A stretch of DNA of 64,000 bases from the human T2T-CHM13v2.0 reference genome, Homo sapiens (GCF_009914755.1 NC_060933.1); one strand, 5' to 3'; shown: positions 27,507 through 40,700, counted from the first letter of the stretch. Program-made: numbers and translations. The notes: generated by a model not told the origin, from the sequence alone.

Positions 27507-30504
27507 CTTAAAATATTTTTAAAATGTATATATATTTTCAATATGTGCATGAATTTTATATGTATGTAAATGTTATTGTGTTTTGCAGCTTATTCTTTCT
27601 TTCTTTTCTAATTTTTTTAGTCAGAGCCGTTTTTTAAGGTTTATCAATATTGCTACATGCATATTTAAATCTTGCAGATTTTCACCTTCATTAAATTGCC
27701 CCTAGTAGACATTGCTGTTGTCACTCATCTAGTTTTCCATTTCTTCCAGGATATGGGAGAATTCTATTTTCCTGCCTCTTGAAGTTAAGCATAACCTTGT
27801 TAATTTCCTTAGCCAATATAAGTAAGTGAAAGTACGGGTGTCATTTCCAGATGAAAGCATGTAAAAGCCCGGGTGCAATTTCCACACTCTTTCCTCAGTC
27901 ATGGCAGTTGTGAAAAAAAAGTGTTAATGTAAAGGTTTCATAATACTAAAGCGGCCTTGAAATGCCAAGCCAATTTGGCATCATAAAGGTTTATTTTTGT
28001 AAAATTCTTCCGTATAAACTCAAAAAGAATTCTATGGATTTTATGTTTGTGTGTTGTATAATTCTTTACATATCTTTGATAAATCTACATATGTTTCTTT
28101 ACTTGATCTATAAATTTCAGTTTCTGAAAGTGGTGTGTTAAAATTGGTAACTTACATTACTTATCTCTCTTTGGTTTTGTTAGTTGTTACTTGGTATGTT
28201 TTGAGTCTGTATAATTAGGTGTGTATATGTTTATAATCAATATATCTTTTTATTACTTCCTTTTATTGTATATGAGATCTTTTTAGTTTTTTTAAGACAT
28301 ATTTTTCTTAAATCTGATCAAATATTAGGATTGTTACTGCAGCCTTTCTGTGGCTAATATTTTCTTGTTATATATTTACATCTCTTTAAGTCTTTTTGTA
28401 TTTTTGTTTTCAGTGAGCTCTTCTAGTAACATATATTTGAAGCCTCTTTTATGAATCCAACTTGAGAATCTGTCTTTTAAATGGTGAGTTTAATACATTT
28501 ATATTTATTATTATTATTGTTATATTAGAACATATTTTTGTCATCTTTCTTAATATTTTCCAGCCATTATACTTACTTTGGCTTTTTCTCTTTAATTCTT
28601 CCTCCTTTCCTTTATTACTTTAGAAGTGCTATGCCATTATCCCATTATCTTCTTGCATTCAGTGTTGCTGTTGAGAAGTCTGATGTTATTCTGATGTTTA
28701 TTCTCCTGTGGTTGAGCTGTTTTTTCTAAAAGTATTAGTAATTGTTCTTGCTTTTCATGTCTTTAAATTTTACTATATTTAGGTGTCAATTTTTCCTAAT
28801 CTCTTACATTTGGCAGTGTATGGGTTATTTTCATCTGTGTCATTTGTATTCAATTCTGAGAAATATAACTTCATTTTTTTCTTCAAATATTTTTCTTCAT
28901 TTTTATTTTCCTCTCCTTCTAGAGTTTCTAGCTTCTGGGTGTTGGCATCTTTACTTATACTATCCATTTCTTTTAGCTTTTCTTTCATATTTTCTTTCTT
29001 TTATTCTTTTTATCATCTTTTATGAAACCTCAATATGGTCTTATATTTTATTAATTCATTTTTAGCTGCATCTATCCTACTGTATTCTTTTTTCCAACCA
29101 TTCTATTTGTTATAGCTAATATTTCCACTTGATTATTTTCATTATTATTTTGGTTATTGTTTCATATTGGTAATATTTTTTCTCATTTCCTTAAATATCT
29201 TAGCAGGCTTTACTGAAAGCTTTGTCCTCTATTCTAATATGTCTGCTTTGAATTATATATGTTGCAGTCTGTGGTATTATACAGGAGTCTGGTTATTTTA
29301 GTTTGCGAGCTCATGACCCATTCAGTGGTCATGAACTCTGTCAGGTAGTATGTACTTAAAAAGGTCTATTCACAGTCCTTGTCTTTTGTCAGTGCTGGAA
29401 ACTTTAAGAAAGAGAGTAGGCTTAGTTCCAAGGTACATTGTCACAGAAACAACCATAGCACCACTGCTGACTATTAATATTTCTTTGCCACTCTACCAGG
29501 AAACTATCCACAGGGTTTTGACTTTAGACCATTAGGCCGAAACAGTATTTGGAGAAAGTAGTTATCTCCTAAGTCTGTACTAAAAAGTTTTGGGGATATT
29601 GAGGTGAAAGTGAACAGAGAAATGAAAGTTTAGGGAGGCTGGTCTCTTCATACCAGTTTTCATCAATACCTCATCTTAAAAGGACTTTTCTATTACTCTC
29701 ATACTCCCTAGCATTGGTGTACTGGGTTGTGTCAGCTGATTTCTAAGTGAAAAGGCAGCCAATGTAGGCTCTAAGGCAATTCAAGGGAGAGGCAAGAATG
29801 CAACCGGAAATCTTAATTGTCTTCTTACTATCTCTGGTCATCCTTTCTCAGGGCTTTAGTCACCTTCCTCCCACATCGTTCCACACTCCACCTCTCACTC
29901 TAGTTTAACACTGACTTCAACATCCTCAGGAGTTTCTCAATATTATTCCAGATTTTGTTGCTGCTTCTGTAACCCAAATTTTCCTTTCACTTTTATGGTT
30001 CCCATGGATTTGATTTTGAAGAGGGAAGCAGCAGCCTGTAGTCATTCACCATCATCACAGGAATAGAAGCCTTTAGTTCTTTTTCCTGACCTTACTGTGC
30101 TGAACAGAATCTCCAGCACAATATCAACTGCATTGATAGTGGGTACTCTTCTTGTTCCCACTGTGATAGAGGATGCTAAGACATTGCTCCAGTTCATTAT
30201 GAAAACGTTTTCTAAAGTTATTTTGGATTTTCAGAAAGAACTATTAAGGATTAGAGGGACAATGTTGTCTCTGATTTAACTCAAGAACTTGGGAGATCAC
30301 GGAGATAAACTTCTGAAGGGCATCAGATCTTCCCAGAAATCAAGTGCGGAAGTTCAGCGGAATGCTGTTGGACACAGTAGGCACAATGGATGAAAATTAG
30401 AAAGGTCAGTGAAGAATGTAGGTTAAATTCTTGATATGTTAATAAGTACTTCTTTGTTTAAGGTGGTGCTGAGGTAGTTATATGGTTAAGAAGTGTTTAG
30501 TAAA

Positions 30505-30653
30505 GTTTTTTTACTTTAAGTTCTGGGGTACATGTGCAGAATGTGCAGGTTTGTTACATATGTGCCATGGTGGTTTGCTGCACCCATCAACCCATCATCT
30601 AGGTTTTAAGCCCCGCATGCATTAGGTATTTGTCTTAATGCTCTCCCTCCCCA
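30505..30653 (-). mobile_element. Short 5'-truncated L1PA 3' end
   Basis: tactttaagttctggggtacatgtgcagaatgtgcaggtttgttacat...gctctccctcccc. Confidence 0.9.
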
Positions 30654-32915
30654 TAAAGGATTTTTTAATTGGAAGTTTTAGATAGCGGAAAGTACACACA
30701 AATGGCAATCTGTTGCTCCTACTTTTGACACCCAAAGTATTTTAAGCTCCTTCTTTCAGTGCTCCGCAGAATAATGATTCTTCAGAAAGAAGGCAGCTTC
30801 TAGACAGAATACAAGTCACACAAGGTGCTCAGGTTAGGGAGAGAGGGTGAGCTGTGGCACTGTGCAGACAGTCTTTTGTGGAAACCACAAAAGATGAAGA
30901 CCCAAGTCTGAATTACTGACAGTCTGAACTCAGAGTAAATGCTGCAGCAAAAATTCATGATAATAAGGGCCCAGAAGTGGGTGTCCATGATGATAGCTCA
31001 ATCAAGGCAGGTTTTGCTAAGAGTCCTGTTGGCTAAGGTTCACTATTTATTCACTATTGGTATGTGACAATCCTGTAACTATTGGGCTCCCTTTGACTGT
31101 TAGAGTCATGATTCTAGCTCTCATAGTGGCCCAGCTCATTAGGCTGCTGTGAACACCTTTTGAATCATATGCCAGGTTCACCTACTTCTTGCCCCCTCAT
31201 TCATTGTGGGGATTCTTGTTAACAAATATACCAAATGTTGGAGGTTATTGATCAGAACAGGGATGAGTACCTGAACCAAGATGGATGCCTCAGAACCTCC
31301 TGTTTGTCGATTTGACATCCAGATTGATAGGATATGTATCCATATTTATGTCTATGTCTGTATCTACATCTACATCTGCCTATTTATCCATACGTATAGA
31401 GAGACTGGCTGACTTACTCTCTTTTCCCTCCTCAAGATGGTGAAGTATAAACCCGGGAATGTGAGACAGGCATCACTTGTAGTTACATGAATCAGAAAAT
31501 AAAAGGAGGCAGGTCTGCAAAGGTAGGAGAAAAGAACAATCAGGTCAAAATGAGTAGAGACGAAAGATGAAGAGAGAGGGAGCTGGATTAACATTTCAGT
31601 TCCATTCTGATGTCTCATTGCATTTGTACCCTGTGTTTTTCAAGATCTTTCCCTTCTCAACTGAAGCAAATGCAGATTTATTTTTGTTATTTGTAAACAA
31701 AAGAGTTTTTGGCTTCCAGTCTGGTGGTATAGAATTTCTCTTTCACTCTCTGATATCTTGGCATTATCCCTCAGTACCCTGCTCTATGCACCAGTCCTGA
31801 GGTTGAAGCCTAGGGGAAGCAATACTAAGAGATGAAGCCTTGGCATTGCTCTGTGCAGCTGCAGCCTTCTTGAGTGAAGCTTCCCCTGCCCATGTGACCA
31901 TTGTGGTTCTCATGCCTCAGGATGGCATCCCCATTGACTTTAGAGCCTACTGGAACCTCTCTCAAACCACAAAGAAAGTATTCTTGTCATAAGTCACTTC
32001 CTGGATCCATCTTCTTGGTGAATCATTAATAGTGCCAACTGCCAGGTGGACTAGCCCAGGCTGCAAACTTTTCAATGAACACAGCTGGGTTGAGGAGGAA
32101 AATGGCCCAAGAGGAAAACATATCATGGATCCTGGAGAAAATTCTGGAATATGAAGCCAAGGGACATCACACATGCATGTCAGAACTGTATAGATCAACC
32201 GATTCAACTCCTTGATTTTAAAAGTGGTGGAGGGGAATCAATATTTATTAATGGCCAGCTTTGTGATAGACACATGAATCCCCCAAGAAGTTTGTAATGC
32301 AGGTATGATTCCTGTTGAAAAGATGAAGAAACTGAGGTTCAGAGTGGTCAAGTAATTTGCTTATGTGGTAGAGATGGAGTGGATTCTGAAGGCTCCTCAC
32401 TTCAGAGCACAAGCTCTAGTCAGAATTGACTTGGCTTAGTCACCAAATTAGAGCCTGGTTTCTAGATTCCCAGATCAGTACTCTTTACATCTTGCCATAC
32501 TGCCCCTGTCATGATACAGCTTGTATGCCTGGAGCAGCACTGATCCTAGGCCAGTTGGCCAGAACTCAGCCAGGCATCTTGGTATCTACTGCAAAGGGTA
32601 AAATGGATCAAGAGCCCAGGATTTCCCATAGTAGCTTTGCCTCCACTGAGGGCTGTAAGTAGGTGTGCCCAATAATAGTTCAGCACAGCCAGGTCAAGTT
32701 TTAATAAGGGCTAAGGTCCTAGAACAGGCAGGGGCAAAGGAAGTAATCACAGAGGAAAAACAAGAGCCCAGGCTTCTTTTCCTGGTTGTCTCATTTGTTA
32801 GCTCTTCCCCTGAATAAGCCACTACCTTAGCATCTCAGTTACTGTGCAGTATCAAAGGAGGCACCTGGACTGGATAGCATTTGGTGACTGAGCTCTGAAT
32901 TTCCGTGGTAGTCAT

Positions 32916-33319
32916 TTTCACTCACGTCCGTGTGAAGAGACCACCAAACAGGCTTTGTGTGAGCAATAAAGCTGTTTATTTCACCTGGGTGCAGGCGGGC
33001 TGAGTCCAAAAAGAGAGTCAGTGAAGGGAGATAGGGGTGGGGCTGTTTTATAGGATTTGGGTAGGTAAAGGAAAAAGGGGGGTTGGTTTCTGGCGGGCAG
33101 GAGTAGCGGTCACAAGGTGCTCAGTAGGGGAGCTTTTGAGCCAGGATGAGCCAGGAGAAGGAATTTCACAAGATAAAGTCATCAGTTAAGGCAGGAACAG
33201 GCCATTTTCACTTCTTTTGTGGTGGAATATCATCAGTTAAGGCAGGAACCAGCCATCTGGATGTGTACGTGCAGGTCACAGGGGATATGATGGCTTAGCT
33301 TGGGCTCAGAGGCCTGACA
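32916..33319 (-). repeat. HERV-H 3' LTR (LTR7)
   Basis: Direct repeat of 38384-38784, differing by roughly 11-12 substitutions and one 3-bp indel by eye. Preceded by the purine tract AAGAAGACAGGAA. Confidence 0.95.
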
Positions 33320-33949
33320 TTCCTGTCTTCTTATATTAATAAGAAAAATAAAATGAAATAGTGGTAAAGTGTTCGGATGGTGAAAATTTTTTGGGGTATG
33401 GTATGGAGAGATAATGGGCGATGTTTCTCAGGGCTGCTTCGAGCGGGATTGGGGCAGCGTCGGAACCTAGAGTGGGAGAGATTAAGCTGAAGGAAGATTT
33501 TGTGGTAAGGGGTGATATTGTGGGGTTGTTAGAAGAAACATTTGTCATTTAGAATTGTTGGTGATGGTCTGGATACAGTTTTGTGTGAATTGAAAAATTA
33601 AACAGAATAAGGAGAAAAACAGGTATTAAAGGTCTAAGAATTGGGAGGACCTAGGACATCTAATTAGAGAGTGCCTAAGGAGGTTCAGCTTAGCCTTGCC
33701 AGCAAAGATTATTTATTTACTTTAAGAGTTAAGCGTGGCGGTTTGGGGATAGCACCAGGAGATATCAGCTGTGATGGCTTGGAGAAACAGTGTAAACTGG
33801 CAGTGTAAACAAGAGCAGGGCATGTGTGAGTAGTTGAGAACGGTGAATAGGAGCATGACTAGACAGAAGATAGTAGGGATGACAAGTTTTTGGGGGCACA
33901 GTCCAAGTTAGTCTGGTGTCTGGAATGAGACTGGGGCCTAATAAAAAGG

Positions 33950-36378
33950 AGCGTCTATACAGGAGCTCAAATGGGCTGTACCTTGTAGCATTCTGAGGAC
34001 AGGCCTGAATTCTGAGAAGGGAAAGTGGTAGAAGTATTGTCCAGTCCTTTTTAAGTTGGTGGCTGAGCTTGGTGAGGTGTGTTTTTACAAGGCCATTAGT
34101 CTGTTCTACCTTTCCTGAAGACTGAGGACTGTAAGGGATATAAAGGTTTCACTGAATACTAAGAGCCTGAAAAACTGCTTGGCTGATTTGACTAATAAAG
34201 GCCGGTCTGCTATTGGACTGTATAGATGTGGGAAGGCCAAACAAAGGAATTATGTCCGACAGAAGGGAAGAACTGACCATGATGGCCTTCTTAGACCCTG
34301 TGGGAAAGGCCTCTACCTACCTAGTGAAAGTGTCTACCTAGACCAAGAGGTATTTTAGTTTCCTGACTCGGGGCATGTTGAGTAAAGCTAATTTGCCAGT
34401 CCTGGGCAGGGGCAAATCCCTGAGCTTGATGTGTAGGGAAGGGAGGGGGCCTGAATAATCCCTGAGAAGTAGTAGAATAGCAAATTTGCCAGTCCTGGGT
34501 GGGGGCAAATCCCTGAGCTTGATGTGTAGGGAAGGGAGGGAGCCTGAATAATCCCTGAGGAGCAGTAGAATAGCAGTTGGAACACTGAGAAGTTATTTCC
34601 TTGAGGATATATTTCCACGATGGAAAGGAAATGAGAGGTTCTAAGAGGCGGGCTAGTGGCTTGTCCTATAGCACAGCCTGCCTTTGCTGGTGTGTGGCGA
34701 TTACGCCTGGTGGAACTGCCGTCTATAAACCAAGTGTGATCAGGGTGAGAAACAGGGAAGAAGGAAATGTGGGGAAATAGGGTGAATGTCAGGTGGATCA
34801 GAGAGATGCAGTCATGAGGGTCAGGTGTGGTATCAGGAATAATGTGGGAGGCCGGATTGAAGTCCGGGCCAGGAACAATGGTAATTGTGGGAGACTCAAC
34901 AAAGAGTGAGTACAGCTGAAGGAGCCGGGGAGCAGAAAGTATATGTGTCAGGTGTGAGGAAGAAAACAGATTTTGGAAATTATGAGAGCTGTAGAGAGTG
35001 AGTTGAGCATAGTTTGTGATTTTAAGGGCCTCTAAAAGTATTAGGGCGGCAGCAGCCGCTGCACAGAGACATGATGGCCAGCCTAAAACAGTAAGGTCAA
35101 GTTGCTTGGATAAAAAGGCTACAGGGCGCGGTCCCAGTTCTTGTGTAAGAATTCCGACTGCACAGCCCTGCACTTCAGCTGTGTGTAATGAAAAGGGGTG
35201 GGATGAGTCAGGGAGAGCTAGGGTGGCGGCAGTCTCTAAAGCTGTCTTCAAGGAACGGAAAGAGGAGTGGGGAAAGGATTTAGGATCTTTGGGGTCAGCT
35301 AGGTTTCCTTTTGTGAGTTTATATAATGGTTTTGTTAGGATGGCAAAACCAGGTATCCAAAGGCAAAAGTATCCAACCATGCCCAGGAAGGAAAGGAGTT
35401 GTTGTTTTGTAGAAGGGGTTGGGGTTTGAGAGATTAGTCGGACACGATCGGCAGGGAGGGCTCTTGTGTTTTTATGAGAATTATGCTGAAATAGGTAACG
35501 GATAAGGAAGAAATTTGGGCTTGACTGAAGTAATGGGGGCTGTCTGTGAGGCTTTGCGGCAGTATGGCCCAGGTAATTTGCTAAGCCTGATGGGTGTCAG
35601 GGTCAGTCCAAGTGAAAGTGAAGAGAGGCTGGGATGAAGGGTGCAAAGGAATAGTAAAGAAAGCATGTTTGAGATCCAGAACAGGATAATGGATTGTGGA
35701 GGGAGGTATTGAGGATAGGAGAGTATATGGGTTTGGCACCATGGGGTGGATAGGCAAAACAATTTGGCTGATAAGGCATAGATCCTGAACTAACTTGTAA
35801 GGCTTGTCTGGTTTTAGGACAGGTAAAATGGGGGCATTGTAAGGAGAGTTTATAGTCTTTAAGAGGCCATGCTGTAGCAGGCGAGTGATAACAGGCTTTA
35901 ATCCTTTCAAAGCATGCTGTGGGATGGGATATTGGCACTGAACGGGGTAAGGGTGATTAGGTTTTAATGAGATGGTTAGGGGTGCAAGATCAGTCACCAA
36001 GGAGGGAGTAGAGGTATCTTATACTTGTGGGTTAAGGTGAGGGGATACAAGAGGAGGATGCAAAGGAGGCTTTGGATTGGGAAGAAGGGTGGCAATGAGA
36101 TGCAGCTGTAGTCCAGGAATAGTCAGGGAAGCAGATAATTTAGTTAAAGTGTCTCGGCCTAATAAGGGAACTGGGCAGGTGGGGATAACTAAAAGGGAGT
36201 GCTTAAAAGAGTATTGTCTAAGTTGGCACCAGAGTTGGGGAGTTTTAAGAGGTTTAGAAGCCTGGCCGTCAATACCCACAACAGTTATGGAGGCAAGGGA
36301 AACAGGCCCTTGAAAAGAAGGTAATGTGGAGTGGGTAGCCTCCGCATTGATTAAGAAGGGGACGGACTTACCCTCCAC
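33950..36378 (-). pseudogene. HERV-H pro-pol remnant (protease, RT, RNase H, integrase; disrupted)
   Basis: Protease FLINAEATHS (DTG catalytic motif lost), RT fragments SPYNAPILPV/LVQDL/VLDLKHAFFTIPLH, RNase H WFIDGSS and integrase DWQI. No YxDD motif seen, and several stops. Confidence 0.9.
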
Positions 36379-36426
36379 TGTGAGAGTTACCTAAAGCTCG
36401 GCGTCCGTGATGGTCTACGAGCAGCG

Positions 36427-37800
36427 TCAGTCTTCAGCCGCTAAGCCGAGAAGATCTGGGAAGGAGTCGGTCAGAGAGCCTTGGGCCAGAGTTCCAGGGG
36501 CTCTGGGAGTGGCTGCCAGGTGAGTTGAACACTCCGATTTCCAGTGGGGTCCCACAAAGATGGGACATGGCTTAGGAGGAATCCCGGGCTGCGGGCATTC
36601 CTTGGCCTGGTGGCCAGATTTCTGGCACTTGTAGCAAGCTTCTGGGGGAGGCAGTTCTGGAGGAACGCCTGGCCACTGCGGTTTAGGCATTTGGAAGTTC
36701 TTGTGTGCTGGAGATGTGGCTGGGGTTTGTCTCACAGTGGAGGCAAGGAATTGCAACTCAGAAATACTTTGCTACTTGGCTGTCTCTATTCTCTTATTGT
36801 ACACCTTGAAGGGGAGATTAATTAAGTCCTGTTGTGGGGTTTGAGGGCCGGAATTTAATTTTTGGAGTTTTATTTAATGTCGGGAGCAGATTGGGTAATA
36901 AAATGTATATTGAGAATAAGACGGCCTTTTGACCTGCAATGATTGACGGCCTAGACCTAGGGTCTAGGGCTGTAAAGCGTCTCAGGGTTGCTGCCGAACA
37001 AGTCATGAACTGGGCTGGATTTTTATATTTGATGAAAAAGAGCCTAAACGCTATCTGATTTGGGATAAAGAAAAAGGAGCATTAACCTTGACTATGCCTT
37101 TAGCTCCAGCCACCTTATTAAAAGTAAATTGCTGGGCAGGTGGGGGAGGGCTAGTCACGGAATGAAACTGTAAGCCAGACCAGGTGTGAGGAGGGAGGTG
37201 ATAAAAGGATTATAGGGTGGAGGAGCGGAGGCTGAGGAAGAATTGGGACCTAGCTCGGCCTGGCGAGGAGGGGAGAGGTCAGATGGGTCTGTAGAAAAGG
37301 AAGAGTAGAAAGACTCAGTGACGCTTGGGGTTGGGACTGAGGGGACAGGTGGGAGGGAAAGAAGGAACATTTGGGACGAGTCACATTGGGAACACAGACT
37401 AGGGAGGGACCAATGTGTAAAAGAATGCCTGGACATCAGGCATCTCAGACCGTTTGCCTATTTTACAACAAGAATTATTTAGATCTTGTAGGATGGAAAA
37501 ATTGAAAGTGCCATTTTCCGGCTATTTGGAACTACTGTCGAGTTTGTATTGGGGTCAAGTGGCATTGCAGAGAAAATAAGACGCTTAGATTTTAGGTCAG
37601 GTGAGAGTTGAAGAGGTTTGAAGTTCTTAAGAACACAGGCTAAGGGAGAAGAAGGAGGAATGGAAGGTGGAAGCTTGCCCATAGTGAATGAGGCAAGCCC
37701 AGAGAAAAATGAGTAGAGACACGGAGAAGGGGTGGGGGCTTCTTGCCCTCCAGAAAAGCAGAGAAGGGGTCGGGGCTCAGAAATAAGGGGTTGGGGCACA
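36427..37800 (-). pseudogene. HERV-H gag remnant (disrupted)
   Basis: Fragments MGKLPPSIPPSSPLACVLKN, SASAPPPYNP (late domain) and zinc knuckle CYKCQKSGHQAKEC, broken by stops and frameshifts. Confidence 0.85.
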
Positions 37801-38363
37801 GAGATAAGAGGTCGCGGTGTGGAAATAAGGGATCAGGGCACAAAGATAAGAGGTCGGGGCGTGGAAATAAGGGATTGGGGTGTAGAGATAAGAGGTTGGG
37901 GTTCCTGCCCCTCCCCCAGAAAGGTGGGACTTGCCGCTAAGGGTGAAGGACCAAAGCAGGCGTCCCTGCGTGATCTGACACCTCTGAAACCTGGGGGAAT
38001 AATCAGGTGTCCTTGCAATGATTAAACACCAAGGGAAGGCTGACTTCCCTAGTCCATGACCGGCGCTGGAGTTTTGGGTCCACGGATAAAACGTGTCTCC
38101 TTTGTCTCTGCCAGAAAATGAAAGGAATTGAAATTAAGAGAAGGGAGAGATTGAAGTGTGGCGCCAAGATTGACAGGAGAAGGAGGTCGAGGGATAGTGA
38201 GGGAGTTTGGAGAGGAGAGTAAAAAGAGGCCGCTTACCGGATTTGAAATTGGTGAGATGTTTCTTGGGCTGGTCGGTCTGAGGACCTGAGGTCGTAGGTG
38301 GATCTTTCTCACGGAGCAAAGAGCAGGAGGACAGGGGATTGATCTCCCAAGGGAGGTCCCCTG

Positions 38364-38381
38364 ATCGGAGTCACGGCACCA
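38364..38381 (-). other. Primer binding site, tRNA-His
   Basis: TGGTGCCGTGACTCCGAT, one mismatch from the tRNA-His complement TGGTGCCGTGACTCGGAT. Confidence 0.92.
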
Positions 38382-38383
38382 AA

Positions 38384-38784
38384 TTTCACTTGCTTCCGTG
38401 TGAAGAGACCATCAAACAGGCTTTGTGTGAGCAATAAAGCTGTTTATTTCACCTGGGTGCAGGCAGGCTGAGTCCAAAAAGAGAGTCAGTGAAGGGAGAT
38501 AGGGGTGGGGCTGTTTTATAGGATTTGGGTAGGTAAAGGAAAAAGGGGGATTTTCTGGTGGGCAGGAGTGGGGGTCACAAGGTGCTCAGTAGGGGAGCTT
38601 TTGAGCCAGGATGAGCCAGGAGAAGGAATTTCACAAGATAATGTCATCAGTTAAGGCAGGAACAGGCCATTTTCACTTCTTTTGTGGTGGAATGTCATCA
38701 GTTAAGGCAGGAACCAGCCATCTGGATGTGTACGTGCAGGTCACAGGGGATATGATGGCTTAGCTTGGGCTCAGAGGCCTGACA
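38384..38784 (-). promoter_or_regulatory. HERV-H 5' LTR (LTR7)
   Basis: Runs TGTCAGG...GTGAAA and contains a TATA-like CCTATAAAA, a GC box GGCCCCACCCC-like element and AATAAA. The PBS follows immediately. Confidence 0.95.
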
Positions 38785-40698
38785 GTCATGGGAGGCTGGG
38801 ACACAGATGGGCCTCTTCCACCATGGGCCCTTGGCCTCACACATAAACCCTTTATGTGGACAGGCATTTGGCCTTTAAAAAATCTAGGCTGAAGAGAGTA
38901 CCGGCTACATGCAGGGGGAAGAGAGATGATTTGGAGTTGATGATGAAAGACCTAGCTGTGTGGTTGGGCAATACAGCTATGCCCCCCACAGTACCCCAGG
39001 GAGACTGTTAGCTCAGTGTGCCTTAAAGATTTCCAGTAGGGGAAAGGGGGTCATTCCATAAAGCCACTCTTCAATATAATGGGTCATGGTATATTGTTGG
39101 GCAACTCAGGACTGTGTTGTAGAGATGGTCCATATACAGGGACATGGTCTACAGATGTTCACTGTTGGCCATAGAGCACAGCCAAGTCAGGAAGCACTTG
39201 GATTAGAAATAAAAATGCTTTATTTTGTTTTAAAATGTATTAGACTACAACAGATGTTTGCATGGTACACTATTTGCTGTCTGGCAACTGTCAAGGTATT
39301 CATTGAGTCCCGATGCTCTCTGATACTCCTTAATGACTTTTCATGGATTTTAGAATCGGCACTGCACATCTTCTCTCCTGGTATTTGAGGTCTACTGACT
39401 CTAAGGCTGTGAGAATTCTCCCAGGCCTGCCTCTAATATTTACAGAGCCTGGGGCAAGATTGCAAATGGAGACCAATAAACGCATAGATCTAAATATTTA
39501 AAAATTCCAAAGCTAGCTAACAAAACCTGTTAAATAAAAATGTGTTTTCATCTCTCGTTTTAACAAATACATTTTCACAGCAACCTGGAAGGCCAGGTTT
39601 GATTTAGAATGATCAGAGACTCCTTGAATATCTCAGCTAGAATGTGGTGGCACAAGGAGAGCAGTCCTTGGCCTCCTGCCTGTGACCCAAACCCCTTCTC
39701 TTCAAACCCCTGTTCCACCTTCAACCATGAGCATCTCCATGTCTAGCTTCATCCACAGTCCCACAAACAGCCACTCCATGGCCACTCCTCAAGCCTCAGG
39801 ATGCACACACTGGAGACCTGATCCACTCTTGGGGGGACCATCCCAAATCCATTTGAGAAAGAAGTCCATGCTGGCCCCAGAAGTAGCACAGGCCATTTGG
39901 ACAGGGAGTTCCGGGGTTCCAGATACTTGGATGAATCCATAAGGAGAAGAAGAGTGGGTTTTTGGTGGTGACATCACTTTGGCCACATGGACTCCCCACT
40001 GCGTGGGGTCGGGCATGGCTGGAGAATGGTCAGAGTGGAGCCCTTTGAAACACAGGGCCCAGTATAGGAGGTCCTCTTGTTGCTTCTAAAAGTGGTACCA
40101 CCTTTTTGATGGCCCCAGGAAGGTACCAAAGAGATATCTGTGTGAACCATAGGTTGCACTGAGCTTAAGATAAAGACACTCTTGAGGCAATATCATTGGA
40201 GGATTTTACAACTTGGGTGCACTCTGAGCTAGTGCATTTCCTTCATGCCTCTGTACACTAATCTCAGAACTATGGCCCTTGCTATGATCTTCTCATAATT
40301 ATTCCACACAGGGTGCAGTATCAGTGCTTTTTAAAAGATGCCAGTGACCCTTTAGAGAGTACTTAACATACACCTGGAACTGTGTCACATCATCTGTGCC
40401 TTTATCTCATTGCCTATGAGATGAGCCATATGATGCCTGCTGCAAGATGAAGAAATGGGCTCAGAGCAGTGGAGTTTAGGGATTGCTTTGGGGACTCCAA
40501 AGCACAAAGTAGAGAACAAGGTCTGCCTGATGCCAAAGCTTGTGCCCTTTCTTGGTGCCTCCCGCTAGAAAAGAAAAAGCAACAGGTCACCACCCTTCAA
40601 CAAAACACACATACACACACACACACACTATTCTCCACGGAGGAATAGTACTCTAGATTTGAGAAAGAGCAGTATTGAGAGGTTTTGTAATCCCAGTG

Positions 40699-40700
<2 letters not shown>

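Larger units (their letters stand above)
32916..38784 (-). mobile_element. HERV-H provirus (LTR7-int-LTR7), internally deleted, ~5.9 kb
   Basis: Two ~400-bp LTRs beginning TGTCAGGCCTCTGAGCCCAAG, a tRNA-His PBS, gag/pro/pol remnants and a polypurine tract. A 5-bp TSD GTCAT lies at 32911-32915 and 38785-38789. Confidence 0.97.

Noticed and set aside
34388-35380. 330-aa ORF
   Set aside because: An HERV-H pol fragment (RT thumb/RNase H) that runs out of frame, with catalytic regions missing.
37780-37900. Array of ~21/42-bp repeats resembling a repeat-spacer array
   Set aside because: A degenerate tandem repeat typical of the HERV-H leader, with no unique spacers and no cas genes. The context is eukaryotic, so it is not CRISPR.
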